Positions 1-8,710 of a stretch of 64,000 nucleotides of DNA are shown here, in pieces. How positions within the stretch are numbered: the stretch's first letter is position 1; every line of letters begins with the position of its first letter. Under the pieces are notes generated by a model that saw only the letters and a program-made list of their open reading frames with translations, did no database searches and was not told the origin of the DNA. The translations under genes were made by a program, and so were the position numbers. Origin of the DNA: an uncultured bacterium (GTDB lineage Bacteria > Verrucomicrobiota > Verrucomicrobiia > Limisphaerales > UBA8199); assembly GCA_963749495.1 (NCBI GenBank), contig CAVVMW010000004.1:800001-864000 (forward strand). Reading direction: 5' to 3'.

Positions 1-30
1 CAAGGTCAGGCGGGCAGCGGCGGCCACGAC

Positions 31-378
31 ATGAGCGCCATTCGCACTTTCAACGTGGAGGCCGGGTTGCCCGCCCTGGACGAGGCGCGGCGGCTGGTCA
101 TCGCCGAAATCAAGCAGGCCAGGCGTGACAGGGCACGAGTGCTGAAGGTGATTCACGGCTATGGCTCGTCCGGCACGGGCGGCAAGCTCTGCGTCGGGCT
201 GCGGAAATCGTTGGGGCTGCGCAAAAAGGAAGGCGTCATCAAGGATTTTATCGCGGGCGAAGACTTTTCGATTTTCAACGACACGGTGTTGGCCCTCCTG
301 GAAGCGGTGCCGGAGATGCGCGGCGACCCGGACCTGGGGGCGACCAACGAGGGCGTGACCATCATCTGGCTGAAGTGA
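31..378 (+). CDS. Smr/MutS2 C-terminal domain protein
   Basis: 115 aa; LKVIHGYGSSGTGGKL and terminal NEGVTIIWL match Smr domain motifs. Confidence 0.85.
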   Translation: MSAIRTFNVEAGLPALDEARRLVIAEIKQARRDRARVLKVIHGYGSSGTGGKLCVGLRKSLGLRKKEGVIKDFIAGEDFSIFNDTVLALLEAVPEMRGDPDLGATNEGVTIIWLK

Positions 379-427
379 GCGCAGCAGGCTCGGCGGGCGG
401 GACATCAGATTTCCCGTTGGGTGCCGA

Positions 428-493
428 ATGAAGCGCCGAACGCCCCACCACCTCCGGGCCGATGGGAAACAAAAGCACCACCACAATGTTCAC
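428..493 (+). pseudogene. 5' remnant of a small gene (MKRRTPHHLRADGKQKHHHNVH), diverged copy of 2529-2597
   Basis: Direct nucleotide and peptide similarity to 2529-2597; similarity ends after ~22 codons. Confidence 0.6.
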
Positions 494-531
494 GCCAGAA
501 CGCCGGTTGTGCTTGTAGGCCGCCCAGTGTA

Positions 532-1095
532 TCAAAAAAGGCCCTTGGTGTTCCGGGCCGTGCTCACTGAAACCCTGAACGAAGCGTAATCGTTAGTGGC
601 GTGGCTGGGGGTCACGACTGCGCGGAAAGCCGCGTCGTCATGAGGCTGAATCGTCAGCCCAGCGTGCGGATGGGCAGCATCCACCAATTGCCCGTTGGCA
701 TCGAGGAACCGGCACTCCAGTTCAATGTCGCGCCAGGCAAACTCGCTTTGGTTGGTGAGGATGCCCGTGATATAGATGCGCGTGCCGCTGCTGGTTTGCG
801 CCCAGTTCATCCGTGATTCCAGCACTCGAAGCGAATTGACAAAGGCAGTGTAGTCGGGCTTGGGGTTTTGAATTCTATCCAGGCCCGTCAAAATCAACAT
901 TCCCATGAGGGCGAACATGGCCAAGTGTGGAAAACCGTAAACCCAGGCAGCAATCGCCGGATTGCGGATGGAGCGAAGCGTCAGCCACTGGCGGCATCGT
1001 GGACACACCTTGGCTTCGTGCTTGATGCTCTCCGCGCAGTACGGACATGCCCGGCTGGCCGCGGTGTCCAGGTTGTGCTCCGGGCGCGGTGTCAT
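532..1095 (-). CDS. Zinc-ribbon + TM + FxLYD/DUF3426-like domain protein
   Basis: CPYC..CPRC, hydrophobic helix, then ITGILTNQS..IELECRFLDANGQLVD. Confidence 0.7.
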   Translation of the reverse strand: MTPRPEHNLDTAASRACPYCAESIKHEAKVCPRCRQWLTLRSIRNPAIAAWVYGFPHLAMFALMGMLILTGLDRIQNPKPDYTAFVNSLRVLESRMNWAQTSSGTRIYITGILTNQSEFAWRDIELECRFLDANGQLVDAAHPHAGLTIQPHDDAAFRAVVTPSHATNDYASFRVSVSTARNTKGLF

Positions 1096-1109
1096 TTCAA
1101 GGAAGGCGG

Positions 1110-1694
1110 CTAGTCGGTTTTGGCGGGGAGGTTCCCATCGGTTGCCTCTTGAACGCGAACCCTCGCAGCGATGCTGCTGTTGGTAAACACGAGCCTTCCC
1201 AATCCAACCCGAAAGGCTTGTTCCTGGTGCGGCTGAACCACGAACTTTTCCGAAATCTCAGGCTGGCGCACATCCACCAGCTTGCCCTCCCCTTCCATAA
1301 ACCGCACCTCCAGTTCCAGCACGCGCCAAGGGTAATTTCCGGTGTTGGTGATGTAGCCGCTCAGCCAGAACTCAGGCTTCCTCTGGTCGCGTTCCAACGA
1401 GGTCCGCGCAACCACCAGTTGCGCACGGTACGGTGCAAAGCTCCGCCCCTCCGAACGGAAAACGTCGGGACACAGCCAAAAGCAGGCCACGCCAACAAAC
1501 GCAAGCATCACGCAGGCGGAAAAACCCAGACCGAGGTACGGCCGCCAACGAGCCAGGCGAGTCTGTGGGGCGCGGCAGAAGGGACACACTTTCGCCGCCG
1601 CTTTGATGGGTTCGGCGCACAAAGGACAAACCCTTGCGCTTTGGTCGGAGCCCACGGTCTGAAAACGAACGTCACGCGTGCCGGAATCCTGCAA
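1110..1694 (-). CDS. Zinc-ribbon + TM + FxLYD/DUF3426-like domain protein (paralog of 532-1095); start uncertain
   Basis: CPLC..CPFC, TM, LSGYITNTG..LEVRFMEGEGKLVD. Confidence 0.7.
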   Translation of the reverse strand: MQDSGTRDVRFQTVGSDQSARVCPLCAEPIKAAAKVCPFCRAPQTRLARWRPYLGLGFSACVMLAFVGVACFWLCPDVFRSEGRSFAPYRAQLVVARTSLERDQRKPEFWLSGYITNTGNYPWRVLELEVRFMEGEGKLVDVRQPEISEKFVVQPHQEQAFRVGLGRLVFTNSSIAARVRVQEATDGNLPAKTD

Positions 1695-1852
1695 TTAAGG
1701 GTGGAGGCTGTCAACGCTTTCTTAACGAGGGCATCGGACACGCAAACCGTGGTTGCCGGTTAGCCACGAGTTGAGTCCAGAACATTGGCAAACTCCTGCG
1801 CCGCTCTTGAGTTTGCGGGATTCGACCCCGAGACCAGACCCCACGGCACGTC

Positions 1853-2509
1853 TTGCCTCGTCTGAGCAAAGAGGCGACAATCCTCGCCGTGAACAGGCTG
1901 GCATTCGACCACTTGCGAGCCGACCCGGTTATGGCAAAACTGATAGACCGAGTCGGTCCTGCCAAACTGCAACCACGCCGCCTCCCGCCCTTCGAGTCGC
2001 TGGTCCATGCCATCATACATCAGCAATTGAACGGGAAGGCCGCAGGCACGATTCTGGGCCGATTCCTGGTGCTGTTTGGCAGCGACGGCTTTCCTGCGCC
2101 AGAGGCGGTCTTGGAAGCCTCTCCTGACCGGCTCAGGAGCGCCGGTTTGTCCAGGCCGAAGACCAGCTACATCCTTGGCCTGGCCGAACAGGCGGTGGGT
2201 GGCCTCCTTCCAACGCTCGTCCAGTGCAACGGCATGACAGATGAGCAGTTGCTGGAACGCTTCACCCAAATCAAGGGCGTTGGCCGCTGGACGGCGGAGA
2301 TGCTGCTCATCTTCAATCTGGGCAGGCCCGATGTTCTGCCCGTTCACGACCTGGGGGTCAGGAAGGGCTTCCAGTTTGCCTATCGCAAGCGCAAGCTGCC
2401 GGAGCCGGAGCAACTGGGCCGCTTCGGCGTGCGCTGGGCACCTTGCCGGACGACGGCAGCCTGGTATCTCTGGCGGGCGGCGGACTTCCTGAACGGCGAT
2501 GGCTGGTGA
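1853..2509 (+). CDS. alkA: DNA-3-methyladenine glycosylase II (AlkA/HhH-GPD family)
   Basis: FESLVHAIIHQQL, HhH IKGVGRWTAEM, LPVHDLGVRKG, WYLWR. Confidence 0.9.
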   Translation: MPRLSKEATILAVNRLAFDHLRADPVMAKLIDRVGPAKLQPRRLPPFESLVHAIIHQQLNGKAAGTILGRFLVLFGSDGFPAPEAVLEASPDRLRSAGLSRPKTSYILGLAEQAVGGLLPTLVQCNGMTDEQLLERFTQIKGVGRWTAEMLLIFNLGRPDVLPVHDLGVRKGFQFAYRKRKLPEPEQLGRFGVRWAPCRTTAAWYLWRAADFLNGDGW

Positions 2510-2528
2510 GTGGGAAGGCGGATGCCGA

Positions 2529-2597
2529 ATGAAGCGCCGAACGCTCCGCAAACTGCGGCCCGACGGCAAACATGAGCACCATCACAATGTTTACGTT
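2529..2597 (+). pseudogene. 5' remnant of a small gene (MKRRTLRKLRPDGKHEHHHNVYV), possibly a GIY-YIG-like family
   Basis: HHHNVYV resembles, from memory, the N-terminus of a small GIY-YIG-like protein; truncated by unrelated DNA. Confidence 0.5.
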
Positions 2598-2647
2598 GGA
2601 GTCCTTGTGGCGATATTGGCGACAACGCACGCCTGCATCCGTTGTCG

Positions 2648-2800
2648 TCACTTCACTCGCTGCCACTTTTCCTCGATTTTCGTGCCGTCCGATAGCTGGC
2701 CCGATTCGCGCAATTTATCTCCCTCCACTCGTATCGTGAAGGCTTGTTTCTTACCGAGGTAATCCGTCATGCCTTCTCCAGCGTAATCAATCGTCTCGTT
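2648..2800 (-). pseudogene. C-terminal fragment of an unknown beta-rich protein
   Basis: Manual translation NETIDYAGEGMTDYLGKKQAFTIRVEGDKLRESGQLSDGTKIEEKWQRVK*; no plausible N-terminal part. Confidence 0.45.
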
Positions 2801-2953
2801 GCACAGCCGGATGTGCCCATGACCCTAACGCATCGCCTTCGCATGGTCCATTCGTAATCGGACCCCCGCGATTTTTGTCGTGGCGCGGCTTTCGTCCCGG
2901 CATACAATGGCCCGCATGGGCAGCGAGCACAAAGTGGCGTTCTTCGGTTTCCC

Positions 2954-3585
2954 ATGAGCACACTCCATAATCGCAGACGATTTCTGACTGCCGCAGTGGA
3001 GTCGGTTGCTGGCGTGGCTTTTGCCGGTTGGGCTCTGCCCTCCGGGCAGCGCCCGGTCAGCCCACTGCCGGTGCGGACGGCTTCATCATCATCGACGCCC
3101 ACACCCACTTTTATGACCCCACCCGCCCGGAAGGCGTGCCGTGGCCGCCTCGCGATGACAAGCTGCTTTACCGCCGGGTGCTGCCCAAGGACTACCTCGC
3201 CCTGCCGGTGCCTCGGCCCGTGACGGGTGCGGTGGCCGTGGAGGCCAGCCCGCGGGTCGAGGACAACCAGTGGGTGCTCGACCTTGCGGCCCGCGAACCG
3301 TTCATCGTGGGCCTGGTGGGCAACCTGCCGGTCGGCACAAGGCAGTTCGCCGGGCTCCTGAAACGGTTTGCGGCGAATAGATTTTTCCTGGGCATCCGCA
3401 TCCGTGACCGGAAGCTGGAGGGTGCGCTGGATGACGCGGCTTTTGTCAACGACTTGAAACTGCTGGCTGACTATGACCTGTCACTCTATTTCCGCAGCCA
3501 CGGACGCCGGGCTGAGGAACAGGTTTTCTCGCAGAGCGCCAAGGTGGCCTACCGGTGGGCGGGGCGGGAGATGCCAAAGCACTGA
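2954..3585 (+). pseudogene. Tat-exported amidohydrolase_2 family protein, frameshifted and internally deleted
   Basis: NRRRFL Tat motif in one frame; IIDAHTHFYDP and VEASPRVEDNQWVLDLA in another; jumps from DYDLSL straight to a C-terminal-like YFRSHG..AYRW. Confidence 0.7.
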
Positions 3586-3634
3586 CGCAAACCCAAGTCT
3601 GCTGAAATCAGAAGACGCACTTCAAACAACGCAT

Positions 3635-4439
3635 ATGCTCGACGCTAAAGAACGCCCTTCCGCTTGGCTGCTCCTGAGCCTGACCGCGAGCATGTTGGCT
3701 GCGCTGCTGGGATTATTCCTGGTGCGGAGCGTGGCCCCGGCCTCCTGGCTGCACGCCAACAACGAGGTTGCTGGGAATTATTTGCAGACCCTGGGCACGA
3801 TTTACGCGGTGCTCTTGGCATTCGTGGTCTTCGTGGTCTGGCAGCAGCACAACGAGACTCGCAGTGCCGTGGAAAAAGAGGCCAACGAGTTATCGGATTT
3901 CTACCGGACCATTCGGGCGCTGCCCGCAACCCAGCGGGTGCAAGAGCGCATCCAGGCGTATGGCCGAATCGTAGTGGGTGAAGAATGGGAGGACATGGCG
4001 CGAGGGCGTTGGAGCCAAAAGGCGGGACAGGCCCTGGAAGAAACCTGGCAGGCTCTCAAAGAGGTGGAGCCGTGCAGCGGGCGCGAGGAGGTGCTCTACG
4101 CTGAGGCCCTGGCCAGATTCAACGACCTGAGTGATGCGCGGAGCCACCGGCTGGTACTGCAGCCTGTTGCGGCTGCCGCCGAGCTTATGGGTGTTGCTCT
4201 TGACCAACGCGGGACTGGTGGTCGGCTCGATGTGGATTTTCGGCCTGGAGTCGTTCTCGGCACACGCCCTCATGACCATGGCGTTGGCAGGTTCGATTGC
4301 GTTCATCCTCTTTCTGGTCGCCGACCTGGACAACCCGTTCTGGGGCACTTGGCGAGTTGGGCCGGAGGCTTTCCAGCGGGCGCTCGACCTCTTCCAGCTT
4401 GCCTCTATCGAACACGAAATCCACAAACCCCATGAGTGA
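3635..4439 (+). CDS. DUF4239 (bestrophin-like) membrane protein, one frameshift near 4155
   Basis: NNEVAG..LGTIYAVLLAFVVFVVW, EANEL, ARSHR; second frame gives TMs and DLDNPFWG. Confidence 0.75.
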
Positions 4440-4488
4440 CCAGCCCGGTCTTTCGTGCTCGCCCAAAGACGGGTTCGGCCTTGTCGGG

Positions 4489-4818
4489 TCAGGTCATGTG
4501 CCAGCCGCCGTTCACGCTGATGGTCTGGCCGGTGATGTACCCGTTGCTGGCCAGCATAACGACCACATCCGCTACTTCCTCCACCGTCTTGACCAGACGA
4601 GCAACCTCCGCAGCCTTCGAGACATCGGCCTTGACCGCCAGCGCGCGGCGGCCAACGGCCTCAGCCTCCACGCAGACGGCCTGCGCCTCAGCCTCCCGGT
4701 GCTGAAAGTTGACCGCCACGTCGGCACGGGCCTTGGCCAGCGCCAAAGCCGCTGCTCGTCCGATGCCACGGCTGCCGCCGGTGACAAGGGCTATTCTCCC
4801 AGTCAGTTCGTTTCTCAT
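4489..4818 (-). pseudogene. SDR oxidoreductase with in-frame internal deletion
   Basis: ALVTGGSRGIG and KADVS joined directly to EEVADVVVMLA..YITGQTISVNGG; NNAG and YxxxK regions absent. Confidence 0.85.
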
Positions 4819-5124
4819 GTTTTGGCATTTTTTGGTGGACCGCCTGACCCCGGTTCTGGCCCCCAGGGCTTCCGACACTGAGCCGGTAAATACCTTCGAT
4901 TACGGACCCGGCTGCACGAAGGACCAAAGTGGGGCCATCAACTCGTTTTCGACGGCTCGGTCACGGCCCGCATCCCTTCCCGGCCAGCCATGCTCACACC
5001 CCATGAAAACGGCTCCGTACTGCTGCTCTGTCATGGGACAACTGTGATTGTGCTGCCGGCGGTTTCGAATCTTGAATTATCCAAATCCAAGGTGCAAGCC
5101 CTTTGGTTCGCGCCCTTTGTGACC

Positions 5125-5259
5125 GGGTGCGCGACAAAATAGTAACCATTAGACCTGTTCATTTCCGCGTATTCCGCGTATTCCGCGGTTCATTCTTCTT
5201 CGGAACTTTGCTAGCCTCGCCAGCCGTGAAAACCGATCTTACTTTTTTGTCTCGCACCC
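5125..5259. mobile_element. Short TIR-bounded element containing a 9-mer tandem (TTCCGCGTA)
   Basis: GGGTGCGCGACAAAATAGTAA (5125-5145) versus TTACTTTTTTGTCTCGCACCC (5239-5259), 19/21 inverted match. Confidence 0.6.
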
Positions 5260-5311
5260 CGGAGCATTCCGCATCGCCATAAGCTGTCGCTTCCTGGCCG
5301 GTGTTCCAGTA

Positions 5312-6850
5312 ATGTACCAGCGTTTGGCACGAGCTATGGCAATGCGACCTCTACTCCTTGCGTCGTTGAACTGCGCCTGCTTCATCGCGGCCCACGGTGC
5401 AACGGTTCAATTCACTGTTCTTGGTTCCGACACGGACAAGCCCCTGCCATGCCGCGTCCATGTCAAGGACGCTGCCGGGAAGCCAGTTCGGCCCAAGGGT
5501 CTGCCATTCTGGCACGACCACTTCGTCTGTGCGGGCAGCGTGGAGCTTGATTTGGCTCCCGGCCAATACGCCTATGAAATCGACCGTGGGCCGGAGCACT
5601 TTCTGAGGACCGGCATGGTGGCGGTTGCCGCAAGCGGCCCGCAGACCGTGACGAATCGGCTCCGGCGTCTGGTCAATCTGGCCCAGGAAGGCTGGTGGTC
5701 GGGCGACCTGCACGTGCATCGAGAGCCCGAGGAGATGGAGTTGCTCATGCAGGCTGAAGATTTGCACCTGGCCCCGGTCATTACGTGGTGGAATGCGAAC
5801 AGTGCCTGGCGGAACCGCCCTCTCCCCGTGAACCCGCTCGTCCGCTTCGACGGGGACAGGTTTTGCCACTTGATGGGCGGCGAGGATGAACGGGCAGGTG
5901 GCGCACTGCTCTATTTCAACCTGAGCCAGCCGCTCGACCTCACCGGAGCGCAGCGGGAGTATCCCTCCCCGATGAAGTTCCTGGCTGAAGCCCGCCAGCA
6001 CCAGGGCGTGTGGGTCGATGTGGAGAAGCCGTTCTGGTATGACACGCCGGTCTGGCTGGCCAGCGGGATGGTGGACTCCATCGGCATCGCGCACAACCAC
6101 ATGCAGCGCGACGGCGTGTACCCGGGCGAAGCCTGGGGGCGTGCCCGCGACAAGCAACGGCTTCCCGACCCGCAGGGGAACGGGTTTTGGACGCAGGAAA
6201 TCTACTATCACGCCCTGAACTGCGGTTTGCGCCTGCCGCCTTCGGCCGGCAGCGCCTCCGGCGTGCTGCCCAATCCGGTGGGCTATGACCGGGTTTACGT
6301 TCATCTGGACGGTGCTCTGGGCTATGAGCCGTGGTGGGAAGGCTTGAGGGCGGGCCGCGTGTTCGTCTCCAACGGGCCGCTGCTGCGCTGCCGGGCCAAC
6401 GGCCAATGGCCGGGGCATGTGTTCAAGGCGGCGGCGGGGGAGACCGTCAGCCTGCGGTTGGAGGCGGCGCTCGACTCGCGTGACCCCATCGCCTCCATTG
6501 AGGTCATTCAGAACGGTGGTGTGGTGCGGAGGGTGTCGTTTTCCGAATGGAAGCAGACCGGCTCGTTGGGCACCGTCAAGTTTGACCGGAGCGGATGGTT
6601 CCTGGTGCGGGCAATGGCGGACGTGCCGGGCACCTTCCGCTTTGCCTCAACCGGCCCGTTCTACGTGGAGGTTGGCTCGCCCTCGCGCCGCATCAGCAAG
6701 GCTTCCGCCCAGTTCTTCCTCGACTGGGTGCGCGAGCGCATGGGGCAAATCAAGCTCGCCAACCCTCGCCAGCAGGATGAAGTCGTGCAACCCCAGCGGC
6801 AGGCGGAGCAGTTCTGGCACAAGAAAGTGGCGGAGGCCAACGCCGAGTGA
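5312..6850 (+). CDS. CehA/McbA-family (PHP-like) secreted metallohydrolase
   Basis: Signal-like N-terminus, GWWSGDLHVHR, YYHALNCGLRLPPSAGS, GRVFVSNGPLL. Confidence 0.8.
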   Translation: MYQRLARAMAMRPLLLASLNCACFIAAHGATVQFTVLGSDTDKPLPCRVHVKDAAGKPVRPKGLPFWHDHFVCAGSVELDLAPGQYAYEIDRGPEHFLRTGMVAVAASGPQTVTNRLRRLVNLAQEGWWSGDLHVHREPEEMELLMQAEDLHLAPVITWWNANSAWRNRPLPVNPLVRFDGDRFCHLMGGEDERAGGALLYFNLSQPLDLTGAQREYPSPMKFLAEARQHQGVWVDVEKPFWYDTPVWLASGMVDSIGIAHNHMQRDGVYPGEAWGRARDKQRLPDPQGNGFWTQEIYYHALNCGLRLPPSAGSASGVLPNPVGYDRVYVHLDGALGYEPWWEGLRAGRVFVSNGPLLRCRANGQWPGHVFKAAAGETVSLRLEAALDSRDPIASIEVIQNGGVVRRVSFSEWKQTGSLGTVKFDRSGWFLVRAMADVPGTFRFASTGPFYVEVGSPSRRISKASAQFFLDWVRERMGQIKLANPRQQDEVVQPQRQAEQFWHKKVAEANAE

Positions 6851-7035
6851 TCTTGCCTGCGAACGGAGGATTTCTTGAATAACTATGCGGGCTGGCCTTT
6901 CCATCGCTGTCATCGGGTTGGTTGCCGTGGATTGCGGAGGTTGCACCCTTCCCGTGCCACACACGCGCCCGTTCTGGGTTGAGCCTCCCGGCCATCAGCG
7001 CCATGGCCATCTGCGCTCGGTGTGGCCGGGCCTCA

Positions 7036-7843
7036 TCAAGGGCCTGGACCAAAATCCCCGGGACGGTAGAATACAGTCCACCCACCCGCCGCGGACCCGA
7101 TGTTGATGGTCGCCTTGTATTGGCGCAGGTCGAACTTCCGCCAGCGCGCGCTGCCATCCTCGTAAAGGAAATTCCCCCCGGTGGATACCAACGCGCTATT
7201 CCGATGGTTGGCGAAGCTAATTGTCCCCTCGGCGGTGCCAGTGGTATCAGACCAGGTAAGGTTCGGGATCGTGCCCGTGGCCTGTATCTTGTCAATCATC
7301 ACCGGCGCCCTGCGATAAAGACCCCCAAGCTTTTTCCGGTAAACCCATTCCGCGAGGCCGTTGGAGTTGTAGTCCGGCCACCCGGCGGAATCTCGTCCGG
7401 GCAGAAACTGGTAGCCGATCAGGTTCACTACGTCCTGACTCGATTCATAGAAGCGGTGCCACTGATCGGTAGGACAGTAGAGCACGTCGTGCGTGTCCCG
7501 CTGCTTCTGGATCGTCGTGCCTGCGCGGTTTGGATAGAGGGTACTGGGGGTAAAAGTTGGTGTTCAGCCGCAGAGCCATCCAGGCGAAACCGCTGGCGCC
7601 GTCCAAGGTGGGATTAGCCGGGAAGGATTCCCCGTTGTCCCCGCCGTACATGGTGACAGCAATGCCCCATTGCTTGAGATTGCTGGTGCACTGAATCCTC
7701 ACGGCTTTCTCCTTGGACTTAGCCAACGCCGGCAACAGCAGCGCCGCCAGGATGGCGATGATGGCAATGACCACCAGCAGTTCTATCAGAGTAAAGCCGG
7801 CCTGAAGACCCGGCTCGGAGGATGTCGTGCGTACCGATTTCAT
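7036..7843 (-). CDS. Prepilin-type N-methylation domain protein (PVC-type, H-X9-DG-like tail), frameshift near 7540
   Basis: [34 protein letters not shown]; second frame [16 protein letters not shown]. Confidence 0.85.
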
Positions 7844-8245
7844 GGTGCTTGCCTGATTTGCGTTCCCAACTTCAAACGTCTTCGACTCTTCACCGTCCCT
7901 TTGCGTTTCCGCCTGCCAGACCCCGATGAGGCCCCCCGGAACCCAAATGGCCCCCTCAGGATGGAATCCGGCTAATCCGCGGCGCCACCCGCCTGCGGAC
8001 CGTCGCGGGTTCGTTTGTTCGTTTGATGTGCATATTCTAATTGTGAACCTCAAAACTGTCAACGAGTCGGGCGAGATCGAGGACCTTGCGGGTTCCATTG
8101 CGCGGCTTATGGGCCACAAGGGGGGCCGCTCAGCGTCGGAGGCCAAGGCCCGCGCCGCTCACGCTGACCGCGAACCTGGCTGCGTTTAGTGAGGCGTTCC
8201 GTTCTTCGACCTGGGCGTTAAGGCCCGACCAACCTCCCCATCCAA

Positions 8246-8446
8246 ATGACTGGCCGCTCCTACACCATCCAGGGCTCGCCCGGCCTGCGGCAGTGGAGCC
8301 CCCTCTCATTCGTCCTGCCCGCCCAAGGCCCCGGCAGCGGCGCCTACACCTTCCTCTATGCCCCGGACATCCGCACCGTCCAGGTCCAAGCCCTCCAGCC
8401 CCCCTCCGGCCCCGCCATGCGCTTCTTCCGGCTCATGCTCCAATAA
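8246..8446 (+). pseudogene. Orphan C-terminal domain fragment of a secreted protein
   Basis: YTIQGSPGLRQW...RFFRLMLQ* resembles the tails of other secreted proteins in the window. Confidence 0.45.
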
Positions 8447-8477
8447 GGGAGTTTCTCGGGAATCGACTGTAGCGCCT

Positions 8478-8690
8478 GCGTCGCGTAGCAACGCGCTGAC
8501 AGTAGCCGTGGACCTCGGTCCACGGGTTGGGGGGTGGGAATGGCCGCGCGCCGCGTAGCGACGCCTGAGGGCCTGGCGTTGGCCAAATCGAATCCTGTTC
8601 TCAAGCGTCGCTACGCGACGCAGGTGAGCTTGGGTCATGGGTCCGTGGACTGGAAGTCCACGGCTACCTTCAAGCACCGCTACGCGGTGA
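8478..8690. repeat. REP-like palindromic element, family A (uninterrupted copy)
   Basis: CGCGTAGCGACG/CGTCGCTACGCG and GTAGCCGTGGAC..GTCCACGGCTAC palindromes; inverted homolog at 31561-32208. Confidence 0.85.
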
Positions 8691-8710
8691 CTCTCGCCTT
8701 GACAGAGGCC

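Noticed and set aside
380..2950. Integron cassette array
   Set aside because: No integron integrase and no convincing paired attC R''/R' boxes by eye
7860..8010. Possible riboswitch upstream of the prepilin-type gene (also 49500-49640)
   Set aside because: GC-rich stems are possible but I could not match any riboswitch consensus; an Infernal/Rfam scan would decide
8094..8189. [20 protein letters not shown], a possible KGG-motif small-protein remnant
   Set aside because: Too short and without a credible start to call a gene
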